NCBI GenBank assembly: GCA_040400605.1
Contig: JBBAPZ010000005.1
Span: 1 to 64,000, forward strand
Length of the DNA: 64,000 bases
DNA from: Candidatus Sericytochromatia bacterium
Lineage (GTDB): Bacteria > Cyanobacteriota > Sericytochromatia > S15B-MN24 > JAQBPE01
Reading direction: 5' to 3'
This document shows positions 39,446 through 49,735 of this stretch, piece after piece (the stretch's first letter is position 1; every line of letters starts with the position of its first letter). Both the position numbers and the translations under genes were made by a program. Under the pieces are notes generated by a model. That model searched no databases and was not told where the DNA came from. It saw only the letters and a list, made by a program, of their open reading frames with translations.

Positions 39446-40303
39446 ATGTTGGCTCGTCAAATGTTGATGTCTGCTTCGTGTATCGGTTTAGTTTTGGCGG
39501 TGGCCTTGCCTGCTATTGCGCTCGATATTTATGAGCCTGATTCCAATTATGCGGTTGCTCCCAATATGTCGATGAGTCGCGCAACTGGAGGAACTGAAAC
39601 CAAAGCCAAAGTGAGTGCTTCCGGTGCGGTTCTGCTGTCTGATCGGCCACAGTTTGCCAATGTTGTGATGACTGGGGACGGTGCGGGACGTGTTCGGTCT
39701 GAAGTTTATCTCAATTTGCAGCGTGTATTGACTTTTGACGGCGATGATGGAACTCAGGCCAATGCGGTGGCGGATGTCTTGAATCGTTTGAATCGTGAAG
39801 GCCGTTTGCGTGCTGATCAGATTAAGCCCAGTCGTCGGGGCAACCATTACGTGGTTGTCGTCGGCCGCGAACCGGTCATCACCTTGGATTCGAATGCCGT
39901 TTCGTCTCAAGGACTCGCACCGGCGACACTTGTCTTGCGATGGGTGAACAAGATGCGGGTCGCCATGGGCGGTTTGCCGTTTGAGCGAACAGCCAGCCGT
40001 GGCGGTGCGTTGCTTGGTTCAATGACGGGTCGTGCATCCTGGTACGGTCCAGGGTTTCACGGCCGCCGGTCGGCCAGTGGTGAGCGCTTCGATCAAAACA
40101 TGATGACGGCTGCCCATAAGTCGCTGCCCTTTGGCACCGTGTTGTTGGTGACGAATCTCCACAATCGACGTGCTTGTCTTGTGCGTATTAACGATCGGGG
40201 TCCCTACAGTCCCGGACGAGAACTGGATCTATCCTACGCCGCTGCGCGTTCGATTGGCGTCTCAGGTGTGTCCGATGTTCGTATTGATGTGTTGAAGCAG
40301 TAG
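39446..40303 (+). CDS. rlpA: RlpA-family lytic transglycosylase (double-psi beta-barrel)
   Basis: ASWYGPGFHG, TAAHKSLPFG, VRINDRGP, DLS.AAA; ATG after AAGGAG. Confidence 0.92.
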   Translation: MLARQMLMSASCIGLVLAVALPAIALDIYEPDSNYAVAPNMSMSRATGGTETKAKVSASGAVLLSDRPQFANVVMTGDGAGRVRSEVYLNLQRVLTFDGDDGTQANAVADVLNRLNREGRLRADQIKPSRRGNHYVVVVGREPVITLDSNAVSSQGLAPATLVLRWVNKMRVAMGGLPFERTASRGGALLGSMTGRASWYGPGFHGRRSASGERFDQNMMTAAHKSLPFGTVLLVTNLHNRRACLVRINDRGPYSPGRELDLSYAAARSIGVSGVSDVRIDVLKQ

Positions 40304-40328
40304 CGCAATGCAGTGATGCGTGGGTTTC

Positions 40329-40515
40329 TGTTCAAGCAGACAATACGTCAGGCACTCGCGGGCTGTTATTCAATAGCAGCCAAATTTGGTCGCCGCGCAA
40401 CCCTGGTTTTGGACAGCTGTCAAAAACTTGCGCAGGCTCAAAAAATCTAGAAATCACCTACCGAGAGTCAACGCCAGCCAGCGATGCGAGCAACCACTCG
40501 TCAGTTTCTGCGTGA
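40329..40515 (-). repeat. Two tandem reverse-orientation copies of the intergenic repeat
   Basis: 40341-40383 is 33/43 identical to the reverse complement of 35524-35566; the second unit starts TGTCAAAAACTTG (40418) and ends GTTTCTGCGTGA. Confidence 0.6.
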
Positions 40516-40522
40516 TTATGGC

Positions 40523-42652
40523 TCACTCAACCATCAACTCATAGCGATTTTCCTGTTGGCGCTCCCCTCTCATCCCGAATGTCAAAGTTAGATGATGCGT
40601 GCCGCTCTTTTGAGGGCGGAAGCTCATCTTTGTTGCGAATTGACTCGTGCAGTCCGCATCCAAGTTCAGTCCAACGATCTCCTCATTGATAAGGTTTTCG
40701 TCCGGATCTGCCAGCACGATCCGTATCTCGACCGGGATGGCGTGATGTTGGTCGTTAACTGCAAAAATCGGCAGACGGTAGCGACTTCCGACGCGATAGT
40801 GATCCGTGGGTGTCAAACAAAAAGCGTATAGCGGCGCCAGGCAGGCGGCATAGGTGTGGTACGAGGATTTGGGCTCGCGCCAGTAGTCGATCAGCGACCA
40901 ACTCACACACGGATGGGAATCTGTAAACATAAAGTTCAGAAAGCCACCATTGGGGCGATACTTGTAGAATCGCAACCGATCCACGTAATACCGCAGAATT
41001 TCGCTTTGATAATTCTGAGAACGGGTCACGAGATCGGACAGTTGTCTTGATCGCGTATCGATCCACAACGACATCAGATCCCACTGCAGGAGGTAATGCT
41101 CTTTCAGGGTTTGCCAGTTGGCCTCGTTCAGGTCGTCGGGCAGGAATTGGCGCGAATTTTCATAATTCGGAAAACTTTGGGTCCCAAATTCCGTGACAAA
41201 TCGCAAATTGCGTGGGAACAGACGGCGCCAGAGATCAAACCACCGCTTGGGACCATATGACATGTACCATCCAAAATAATAATGACCGTCTGTCCCAGAT
41301 AGCCAAAACGGCACCCATAACTCACCGGATGATCGGATGACCGTTCTATAAGGATCCATGTTTCGGGTTTGCCTGGCCAACTGATGCGCCATGACATCCC
41401 GGTTCCAACTGAACAACATACTCCAGTACGTTTTCAGTTTGCGTAACCAAGGCTCCACCGACGTATCATCAACATGCAAAGGCTCATTGTGCATGCACCA
41501 GATCACGATGCTCGGATGATGTCCCAGCGAGCGCACCATCTCCCGACACTGGCGCAGCGCCTCCGGCAACACGTGTCGGGCATAGAGCCACTGCATCGGA
41601 AAATCTTGCCACAACAAAACCCCTGCTTCATTCGCCGCCTGATAAATCGCTGGGTGATCGACGTGCGCGTGAATACGCAACATGTTCATGTGCGCAGCTT
41701 TTGCTAACGCCATGTCACACCGCGCACGATCCAGATTCATCATCGCCAACCGCACATCACCCGGCGCATAATTACTGCCTTTAAGGTAAAGACGCTTTCC
41801 ATTCAGCCACGCCACGTAATCGTCCATGCGCCATAACCGGAAACCGGTTATCTGCTCAGCCTCAGCGACTTGACCATCAGGTCCCGTGAGTGCCAGGTGG
41901 ACCTCGTACAAGTGCGGGAACCCGAGATCGTGCGTCCACCACAGTTCGAGTGAAGACACATTCACCACGAAGCTGCCGTTGTCTTGATCCGGCTCCAGCT
42001 CAACGTGCCCGGCAGCCCGAACGGCCGCACCCTCAAAATTTGTGGGCGTGAGTGTCAACACCCACTCTGCCTGGAACGCCGCCGCCAGCGTACGGTTAAA
42101 ACGCACTGATATGCGGCTGTGGTCGCGATTTTGCTCCAGCAGATCGCTCTGCAAGGCACCGATGTGAAAGGCTGCGCGCTCGATTAACTCAACATCTTGC
42201 CACAGACCACCGGCATTGTAATGATAGGAAGACATCGCGTCCCAGTGTGCAAAAACACCCGTGATCGTTTCTTTCTCAAGACACGCTCGCTCAATGGGAC
42301 TATCAACTTCAATCAGCAACTCGTTTTCTGGACCCAGCAGATGCGAGACCAGATAATCGTGCGCAAAAAAATAACCGGCACCCGAACCAATCCATTGACC
42401 ATTCAGACAGATGCGATGACGGTAAAAAACGCCTGATAGCCGTAAGTAAACGTCTCGTTCAGTTACCGCGGATTCCCAATTGAAAAACCGACGATACAGC
42501 AGTTTGCCACTATGATGACGAAGTTCCGGGTGATTTTGCCAGTGGTCCGGCACCACGTGAGTGACCCAAGGTGCCTCATCTGCTTGCCCCTCGCGCACGG
42601 GACGCAACTCCCACACGCCAGAGAGGCTCTGTCGTTTCAACGGGTGCACCAC
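40523..42652 (-). CDS. Glycoside hydrolase family 2 (beta-mannosidase-like)
   Basis: WWTHDLG.P.LY, LKGSNY, RIHAH, WQDF, HPSIVIWCMHNEP, TEFG. Confidence 0.9.
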   Translation of the reverse strand: MVHPLKRQSLSGVWELRPVREGQADEAPWVTHVVPDHWQNHPELRHHSGKLLYRRFFNWESAVTERDVYLRLSGVFYRHRICLNGQWIGSGAGYFFAHDYLVSHLLGPENELLIEVDSPIERACLEKETITGVFAHWDAMSSYHYNAGGLWQDVELIERAAFHIGALQSDLLEQNRDHSRISVRFNRTLAAAFQAEWVLTLTPTNFEGAAVRAAGHVELEPDQDNGSFVVNVSSLELWWTHDLGFPHLYEVHLALTGPDGQVAEAEQITGFRLWRMDDYVAWLNGKRLYLKGSNYAPGDVRLAMMNLDRARCDMALAKAAHMNMLRIHAHVDHPAIYQAANEAGVLLWQDFPMQWLYARHVLPEALRQCREMVRSLGHHPSIVIWCMHNEPLHVDDTSVEPWLRKLKTYWSMLFSWNRDVMAHQLARQTRNMDPYRTVIRSSGELWVPFWLSGTDGHYYFGWYMSYGPKRWFDLWRRLFPRNLRFVTEFGTQSFPNYENSRQFLPDDLNEANWQTLKEHYLLQWDLMSLWIDTRSRQLSDLVTRSQNYQSEILRYYVDRLRFYKYRPNGGFLNFMFTDSHPCVSWSLIDYWREPKSSYHTYAACLAPLYAFCLTPTDHYRVGSRYRLPIFAVNDQHHAIPVEIRIVLADPDENLINEEIVGLNLDADCTSQFATKMSFRPQKSGTHHLTLTFGMRGERQQENRYELMVE

Positions 42653-42655
42653 GGG

Positions 42656-43810
42656 CTACAGGGCCCTGAGTGACGTCGTGACTACCAAATCCTTAAACTT
42701 TTCGTTCTGCACAATGTTATCTTCGTCATCGCGGAATTTGATGAGCACATTGATCAAAGCCGGTTGATCCTTCGGGTCCGGTGCGTTAAAGAAGGACTTC
42801 AGTGTCGACGAACCAATCGGCACCAGAATTTCCTCAGGCGGCCCGAATGAGTTTTGCTGCGCCGCAGGAATCTGTTTCGGCGGAATGCCATATCTGACCG
42901 GGCCGTACTGCACAACCGGCAAGCCACCGAGACTGCGCGCCAAGGTCGTAAACTCATAGGTCAGTTCAACTGCATTAACCATCACCCCTTGTGACCCAGG
43001 GGGCGCTTTCAGGGTTACTTGGATATCCGGCGGATCCGGCTCGTAGGCAAGACTGGTTTCGATTCGCGATACCCCGCCTTCCGAGTTCTCCTTGACGGTG
43101 GCCCTGACCACGATGCCGGTCGTTGGTCGGGTGTTGGTCCACTGCACGACACGCGGTAACGGCAGCGAAGGGTCCGCAGCCGCCACGGACTCAGGAATCA
43201 GCACATTCAGCGCAATGCCGGTCAAAATGTTGTTCGCAAACACGATCGTTCGGTTCTCCGCAGACACCGCGCCGCCGTAAGTTGCTGTGAGCGTCACGTT
43301 CCCTGCGGGTATATTCTCAAGGAAAAACTCACCCTTTCGCAGATACATGTAACGTTTCTGCCAACCTTGCTCGTCCGCAGGATCGATTGCAGGCGGAAAC
43401 TTACGCGCTCGGCGCTCAGCCGGCACTTCCTTCTTGCCGTCATCATAATCATGAAGCACAAAGATCGTCTTGCTGTCATCTTGAAACTTATCCGCTTCAT
43501 CCTGCGTGGTGATGCATTCTTCAGCACCAGGCGGATTGCCGGTCAATGTCGATGAGCCACCGGATGTCACAAAGGCCAGCGGGATGGGAACTTCAACCCC
43601 CTTCGCCCCATAGACGAACCCCTGCACGCTCCCTCGCCGGATCACAGGCGGTGATGGCTTTGCCCGTCCACCCAAAATCGGACCAAGGGCCGGATATTGT
43701 AAGACGAGAGCATCGCGTTGTTCAGTGCAACTGATGACCGATGACAAAACCAGGATGCCCATTATCAACTTCGATCGTGACAATGACCGTTTCACACGCA
43801 TTCTCCTCAC
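42656..43810 (-). CDS. Hypothetical lipoprotein
   Basis: VISC lipobox; beta-rich; directly follows 43811-44446. Confidence 0.75.
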   Translation of the reverse strand: MRRMRVKRSLSRSKLIMGILVLSSVISCTEQRDALVLQYPALGPILGGRAKPSPPVIRRGSVQGFVYGAKGVEVPIPLAFVTSGGSSTLTGNPPGAEECITTQDEADKFQDDSKTIFVLHDYDDGKKEVPAERRARKFPPAIDPADEQGWQKRYMYLRKGEFFLENIPAGNVTLTATYGGAVSAENRTIVFANNILTGIALNVLIPESVAAADPSLPLPRVVQWTNTRPTTGIVVRATVKENSEGGVSRIETSLAYEPDPPDIQVTLKAPPGSQGVMVNAVELTYEFTTLARSLGGLPVVQYGPVRYGIPPKQIPAAQQNSFGPPEEILVPIGSSTLKSFFNAPDPKDQPALINVLIKFRDDEDNIVQNEKFKDLVVTTSLRAL

Positions 43811-44446
43811 TTATTGGGTAACATTGCCGATGAAACGAATTGGTATGCTCACAGGAATCTCGATTTGATTGTAGTTGTCGTCTTGTCCCGACAGCAATAC
43901 ACGACAACTGATGCTGTGCACCAACTCTTCACGCAGGCGTGGAGACGGCGCAAACGCAAAATTCTGATTCCGACCGTAGCGCCTCACCTCTTGGTGATCA
44001 ATGGGAAGCCGCACAGTTACCGTTGAAACCTGACCATTCGAGGCAGGTGGAATGTAGACACCCACAGCAAGATTCGATTTCGAAATATCCAAACTATCAA
44101 TGGGATTACCAGAGTTGTCATAGTACTCCGCAAGATAATTGTTGATGTAACAACCCGGCGTCCCGTCGTTGGGAAACGATGAAATCTGAATGTCCACGTC
44201 TCTCACTTCAACAAGAAACAGTCTCTGTTCAGTTTGGTAGGTTGTAGTGACCTCCATCAGTGACGGCACCGGCACGGCATAAAGGCGGGACGCAGGCAGC
44301 AACGGATTGGAGATGTCAAAAAACTTGCACCCGGTGATCAATGCGGCCGCAAGACCCATGATGCCGAAACCCAACCCCGTTCTTAGAGCGATGACGCGCA
44401 TGGCAGCGTAAGACTCCTGTTTCCTCATGATGTCCACTCGTGGCAA
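43811..44446 (-). CDS. Hypothetical lipoprotein
   Basis: ITGC lipobox; true start probably at one of the downstream ATGs. Confidence 0.75.
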   Translation of the reverse strand: MPRVDIMRKQESYAAMRVIALRTGLGFGIMGLAAALITGCKFFDISNPLLPASRLYAVPVPSLMEVTTTYQTEQRLFLVEVRDVDIQISSFPNDGTPGCYINNYLAEYYDNSGNPIDSLDISKSNLAVGVYIPPASNGQVSTVTVRLPIDHQEVRRYGRNQNFAFAPSPRLREELVHSISCRVLLSGQDDNYNQIEIPVSIPIRFIGNVTQ

Positions 44447-45416
44447 TATCTAGTGTACCCGCACCAAGGGTGCTTAAACCGAGCGACTGAGCGCTTTTTC
44501 CTCCGCACCTCATCCGCCTGGGCCCCATCATAGACGCTGCCCCCCCGGTTGACTGTGACCGATGGCCCAATCTTGGATCTTTGCTTTGCGACCTGTACCG
44601 TTCCTGAGCGTGTTTGACTGTTTCTCGTCGTTCAGAAATTTGCATTCACAGGCCAGCAGCCTGTGATGTCACCAATGCCTGCTTCTGCGCGCTGAGCCGA
44701 TAATACCTTTCCCGTGTGACTTTGAAGTAACCGGCAAGGCTTCGGGGCAATCCTATTTTTGACCATAGCCGCTGATACCAAACCGGTTGGTCGCCAGCCT
44801 GTCGATAATTGGAAAAAGAAACGATGGTTTCGGTACGTACTTTCAACAATCGCAACTTCAAAAGACCGGAACAGTGTGGGTGGCGGCTCAACAACAGCCG
44901 CAACATTCCGAGTGCCAGCAAACGAAGTTGCTGCCGGGTTGTCACATTTTTCGACAGCGTGAGCGTGAACCGCAATCGTCGACGGTCAAGCCGTTTTAAC
45001 TCGACGATTAAACAATGCCTAGACCAGTCGTTCGCACAGGGTTTCGTGTCGATCACCGCCATCGTGTGATCAACTTGTTCAACCCAGTAGTGCCAATTGG
45101 GGACGTCTGAAGCAAACGGCAAAATGGGACCTTTGAAACGGCTTTCGGTACTGGCTTGATGCAAGGTGAATCTCCTCCCTGATACGAACCACACAGCGGT
45201 GTGGAACACATGTTCTAATTGAAAGGATATTCGAAAGTTTGTTCCAAGTCCAGTGTTCAAGCGCACAACAGTGAACGGACTGTGTCGAAGGTGTGGCGGT
45301 TGCGACAAAACAAGCCCTGCGACATGGCGCTGCGCGCCCCCTGTCTTCTCATTGCATTGGTGTGGCTAACGCGTGAAGCTGCAAGACAACACGCGCGGCT
45401 ATGACGCATTCGTGAC

Positions 45417-45520
45417 TGTCCAAAACTTGTTCAGCCAATGCGAAAACAGCCGTCAGTCACTAATCGGTGTTCAATGCCAACTAAAAATCGGATCGACCGT
45501 TACTGCGGCTTTGTATCAAT
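45417..45520 (-). repeat. Reverse-orientation copy of the intergenic repeat
   Basis: TGTCCAAAACTTGTTCAGC versus TGTTCAAAACTTGAGCAGC (reverse complement of 28902-28920), with further colinear blocks. Confidence 0.55.
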
Positions 45521-45681
45521 CAATTCGTACGCAAACTGTCGTCAAACGGATTTGATAGCTCTGTCTCAAGCGCTTTTCGCCTGGCTGTCACAAGCGAGGA
45601 TCTCGTGTGAGCGGTGATACAGCGCTTGGCGGGGCTGATCGAAGCACGTGCGTCCGATTGTGGATATCGCCTTGATACCAC

Positions 45682-46443
45682 TCAACTGGACTTGTTGGGG
45701 TGTCGGCCGGCACTCATCCCGCCGTCAATAGCCATCACGGTGCCGGTCATCCAGGCGGATTCGAGCAGAAAGCGAATGGCCTGAGCGATTTCGACGGCAT
45801 CACCGATACGACCCAGTGGGTGAAGGGCCAGCGATGCTTTTAGTGCCGTTTCACTGGTGGTGAGTGCCGCTGAAAGTGGCGTTTTGACCAAAGCGGGTGC
45901 GACCGCATTGATACGGATGCCGGAGGCTGCATAGGTCATCGCTGCTGCGCGCACCAAGCCTTCGATACCGGCTTTGGCTGATGCGATCGCCTCATGATTC
46001 GCCAAGCCCGTAGCAGCAGCTACCGACGAACAACACACAACCGCACCGTGACCTTGTTTCAAGAAAACCGGCATGACGGCCTTCATCGCCAGAAAGGCAC
46101 CCAGGGTATTTAGGCGCCAGGCGTGTTCAAAGTCTTCTGGGCTTGTCAGATGCAAGGGACGCAGTTTGATTGTGCCAACTGCGTGTACCAGTTGATCCAC
46201 CCGTCCAAAGCGTTCCAGTGTCTGCTGAACCGCTTGCACCATGTCCGCCTGCACGGTGGTGTCGCCAACGATGCTCAGGGTCTCTCCACCCAACTCGGAG
46301 GCCAGCTGCGACAGGCGATCGCCCTGACGCGCAACAAGCGTCAACCGCCCCCCCGCCTGAGCCAGCAATCGCGCCGTCTCACTCCCGATCCCCCCAGTGG
46401 CACCAATAATCACGGTGACACGCCCTGCTTGTGTTTGCTCCAC
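45682..46443 (-). CDS. SDR family oxidoreductase
   Basis: GATGGIG, SSVAA, IASAK in place of YxxxK, NAVAP, HPLGRIG. Confidence 0.92.
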   Translation of the reverse strand: MEQTQAGRVTVIIGATGGIGSETARLLAQAGGRLTLVARQGDRLSQLASELGGETLSIVGDTTVQADMVQAVQQTLERFGRVDQLVHAVGTIKLRPLHLTSPEDFEHAWRLNTLGAFLAMKAVMPVFLKQGHGAVVCCSSVAAATGLANHEAIASAKAGIEGLVRAAAMTYAASGIRINAVAPALVKTPLSAALTTSETALKASLALHPLGRIGDAVEIAQAIRFLLESAWMTGTVMAIDGGMSAGRHPNKSS

Positions 46444-46612
46444 GGTTTACACCTTTCTCGTTGCCAAAAAACTACCTAACCGTCGTCACCCGTTACCACA
46501 TACGCTGCGTGTCAACCAACCGCCCTTTGCCTCTTCCGTCGCCAATCAGCCGCGGTGGCTTCCGTTGCCATAACGGTTCAGCCTCACTGCCGGCCGATGT
46601 TCGACACGGCCG

Positions 46613-47782
46613 TTAGGTACTGTGATGGGCATTGGGACACAGGATAATAGCTGGCCCGCCATGCCGCGCGCGGTGCAGTTGTGCCCGGTCGTAAACAACC
46701 CGCCCGGTTGCTGTACCGCGCCCTGCAGGATCATGCACAATGACATCACCAGTCTTGGTAAACCCGCTAACCATGACAATATGTCCGTTAGATGCAGCCA
46801 CCGGCGCACCTGCCAACTCACCCGCCTGGTAATGGATGCTGAGCAGACACGGGTGGCCGTGAAGAATCTCGTTTTCGACACTGTTCCAATCGGATGCCCA
46901 GTCAACCCGCCCCGCATGGCTTCCTGGTTGAGGCGGCCTTTGACCTGGCAGGCGCTGCCAGTGTTCCGCCAGCAGACTGCTGCCTGCCGCCGCCAGAAAG
47001 GCCCAATTTCCATAGATCTCATTCCGGGCATCCCAACAACGCGCGATCACCTCTTCAAGCGGTACATTCACGCCACACGCGGCAAGTGCCATCGTCAGGG
47101 AAGTCGGCCCACACACCCGCCAGGACTGATCAGGCGGCGCCTCGCCTTGAGACCGGTGTCGAACAAACAATTCCTTGCCCCACGCCTTGGAAGGATGGCG
47201 GCTCATTGCACGCCCGCTTTCGCCAGTACCCCGTACGGCCAAGGACAACATGCGCAGGGTAGGCGTGCGGTCGGGTCGCTCACTGTAAAGCATTATGTTC
47301 ACCTTCAAGCGATCGCCCTCCCGGTTGAGGAACAACGTATCCGCATCTACCTTGACCCATTCATCCGCACCATCCAACCCTCCGGAACTCACCCCTTTTT
47401 GGCTGACAGGTACCGAACCCCAACGAGCCAACTCACGCCACCGCGACCAATGGGCCCCGCCATCCGCACTGACCGCCACCGCAACGGTCACACCCGTTCC
47501 CGATGGCGTCAAGGCATTCCACGACGGAATCACCTCATTGAAGCCCCCACTGTAATGCAGGTGCGCAAACGTGACGCCGCCCTCACGATGAAAACCTCCG
47601 GCGGTATCATCGCTGAGGCGAATGCCACCGTACTGCGCGTCGTAGCGCACACGATCGAGACTTGCGTGACGGATCGCCTGCAAACCGAAAAATCGATCCG
47701 TCCGTTCAGTGGCCGCAGCAACAGGTGCGGCTTGCTGCCACACAACAATGAAACACGCCCATAACCAACACCAACGTAACAC
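46613..47782 (-). CDS. Secreted peptidase C39-like protein
   Basis: Signal peptide; PSWN; SQ...CGPTS, GH, HDP catalytic motifs. Confidence 0.85.
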   Translation of the reverse strand: MLRWCWLWACFIVVWQQAAPVAAATERTDRFFGLQAIRHASLDRVRYDAQYGGIRLSDDTAGGFHREGGVTFAHLHYSGGFNEVIPSWNALTPSGTGVTVAVAVSADGGAHWSRWRELARWGSVPVSQKGVSSGGLDGADEWVKVDADTLFLNREGDRLKVNIMLYSERPDRTPTLRMLSLAVRGTGESGRAMSRHPSKAWGKELFVRHRSQGEAPPDQSWRVCGPTSLTMALAACGVNVPLEEVIARCWDARNEIYGNWAFLAAAGSSLLAEHWQRLPGQRPPQPGSHAGRVDWASDWNSVENEILHGHPCLLSIHYQAGELAGAPVAASNGHIVMVSGFTKTGDVIVHDPAGRGTATGRVVYDRAQLHRARHGGPAIILCPNAHHST

Positions 47783-47800
47783 CGCTAGAAAACCCCTGTA

Positions 47801-47836
47801 AAGAAATCCCCAGCCCTACTTGAAACAGGGCCGGGG
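47801..47836 (-). terminator. Terminator after DUF1292
   Basis: Stem ccccagccct/agggccgggg, T-rich tail on the minus strand. Confidence 0.6.
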
Positions 47837-47862
47837 AAACCAACTTTTTTTAGCTTGCGCGA

Positions 47863-48141
47863 TCAAGCCTCTTCTTCGCTCATCGCTTCAATGTGAGCGA
47901 CAACTGCCTGAAACTCTTCATCGTTGTCAATCATCTCGAACTGATCATCCGCCACGCGAAGCACAAGCACTTCTTCATCTTCTTCAGATTCTTCATCGCC
48001 CTCGGCTGGGTATAACAGCGCATATTCTTTACCATTTACCTCGACGAAATCGACGACCTGAAACTCGTGGCTTTTACCTTCCTCATCCACGAGGGTGATA
48101 ACTTGTTCGTCGTCATTGGCGGTTTCAAATTCGTTGACCAT
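47863..48141 (-). CDS. DUF1292 domain protein
   Basis: ITLVDEEG...EYALL...I..DEEF; acidic; follows ruvX. Confidence 0.9.
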   Translation of the reverse strand: MVNEFETANDDEQVITLVDEEGKSHEFQVVDFVEVNGKEYALLYPAEGDEESEEDEEVLVLRVADDQFEMIDNDEEFQAVVAHIEAMSEEEA

Positions 48142-48144
48142 TGT

Positions 48145-48573
48145 TCACTCCTTGCCTGATTTGGACTGGCGATCGAGATACCCCTGAAGAATGACTGCTG
48201 CTGCTTGCTGATCAATGATCGCCTGGCGTTTGCGCGCACGTAGACCACTTTCAATCATCGCCCGTTGCGCCTGACGCGTACTCAATCGTTCATCCACCCG
48301 ATGGATCGGCAAGGTGGTCATCGTGGACAGTTCATCAATGAAATCATCAACAAAACGGGCCTGCTCCCCCACAGTGCCATTCATATTACGAGGGTAGCCT
48401 ACCACAATGCATGTCGGCTTGTATAGTTCGAGGATCGCCGCCAACGCCGCAAAGTCCTTGTCGCGATTTTGTCGGCGAATGGTGGTGGTTCCAGACGCAA
48501 TGATCCCCAACGGGTCGCTGTGAGCGACCCCGATGGTCTTTGTGCCGACATCCAGTCCAATGACGCAACTCAC
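48145..48573 (-). CDS. ruvX: YqgF/RuvX family nuclease
   Basis: GLDVGTKTIGVA.SD, VGYP, DERLST, ID..AA.VILQ; GTG start after GGAGGTG. Confidence 0.93.
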   Translation of the reverse strand: MSCVIGLDVGTKTIGVAHSDPLGIIASGTTTIRRQNRDKDFAALAAILELYKPTCIVVGYPRNMNGTVGEQARFVDDFIDELSTMTTLPIHRVDERLSTRQAQRAMIESGLRARKRQAIIDQQAAAVILQGYLDRQSKSGKE

Positions 48574-48575
48574 GA

Positions 48576-49721
48576 TCAGGCACCTCCTTGGCTCGTGTCG
48601 GCATCGCGGCTCACGATCCGTAAAATGGCGTCCGCTTGAGCGCGTATCGCGCTCAGATGGGTAAGCGCGAGGTGTCGGGCTCCTGCTGAACCATCCAGAA
48701 TGACGCTCGACCACTCCTGCGCGGTCAGTTGGTGCAGCCAACCATGCGCCTCCCCGAGCGATTGCAAGGGTAATGTTTCAGCCGATACGATGGGCCCTTC
48801 CGGATCCCACGGCAAAGCCTCAGCCTCTGCACGTACCGGAATGCCAACTGGCACATAACGCATATCTGCATCCATCTCTCGCGGTTCCTCGTTAAATGCC
48901 GGCTCCCGCGGCGGAGCGAAAAGTTTGCGAATACTGGCAACAGGTGCACGCTCCAAGGGAATCAGGGTTTCATCCTCCGTTTTAAGGCCGCCTTGATCCA
49001 GAATGTCCTGAAACATGTCCGGTCTTTGTGCCTGTAACTGCCCCAATGCGCGGGCTTGTCCCTTTTTCAGACCTTTTTCAACGGCCATGGCGATGATTTC
49101 GTCCGGTAGTTGCAGCAAGCTGACATCGGCGTTCAGAAAGCTTCGTGGCTCTTTACCTGCCATTTCCTGAAGGATCTGACGGACGGTCATTTCGTGCTTG
49201 ATCGCAAACTGCCTCGCCGGATGCACGTCGTGTGGATCTTGGGGCACATTCGTCAACAATGTGAGGATCGTATGAATACGCCACACGGCCGTGTCCCCAT
49301 TGATGCAGTCATACTGCGGGTCGTGACTGAGCGTCGCATCGAGAAACCGGCAGATGGCGTCAGTGTGTTCAATTGGATGTAAACGACTGCTTTTGATGTT
49401 TTCATGCAGGGTCATCCGTCTGGCAACCCAGTCATCACAGGCAATGACATCGACCATCATCGTTGTCCAGCCCAGGCGACGACAAGCTTCTACCCGTTGG
49501 TGACCAAAAACGACTTCGTAGTTGGGACCCATTTCGCGTACGCGTGGTCGTTGCAGGATTCCAACCGCCAAAATACTCGCCTGCAAACTCTCCAGAACCA
49601 GTGGGTCGAGAGCGCGTCGCGGTTGGTGGGGGCTGGGTCTGATGGTGTCCAATGACACCGTTTCAGTACGCAAAAAGGTGACCTGGTGATTGTCCGGATC
49701 GATCAGGGGACTGAGCAACAT
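48576..49721 (-). CDS. ParB/Spo0J-like N-terminal domain protein with a divergent C-terminus
   Basis: P.QPR, GILQ.P.VR, GHQR.EA, HEN...L.PIE. Confidence 0.8.
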   Translation of the reverse strand: MLLSPLIDPDNHQVTFLRTETVSLDTIRPSPHQPRRALDPLVLESLQASILAVGILQRPRVREMGPNYEVVFGHQRVEACRRLGWTTMMVDVIACDDWVARRMTLHENIKSSRLHPIEHTDAICRFLDATLSHDPQYDCINGDTAVWRIHTILTLLTNVPQDPHDVHPARQFAIKHEMTVRQILQEMAGKEPRSFLNADVSLLQLPDEIIAMAVEKGLKKGQARALGQLQAQRPDMFQDILDQGGLKTEDETLIPLERAPVASIRKLFAPPREPAFNEEPREMDADMRYVPVGIPVRAEAEALPWDPEGPIVSAETLPLQSLGEAHGWLHQLTAQEWSSVILDGSAGARHLALTHLSAIRAQADAILRIVSRDADTSQGGA

Positions 49722-49735
49722 TCACGCTCCTTGTC

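Noticed and set aside
44646..45308. 220-aa minus-strand ORF
   Set aside because: No recognisable domain or clear RBS, atypical composition, and it contains a fragment of the intergenic repeat (45052-45074). Likely spurious, although a real orphan gene cannot be excluded
46622..47764. 380-aa + strand ORF and many similar antisense ORFs
   Set aside because: Shadow frames of well-supported genes on the opposite strand
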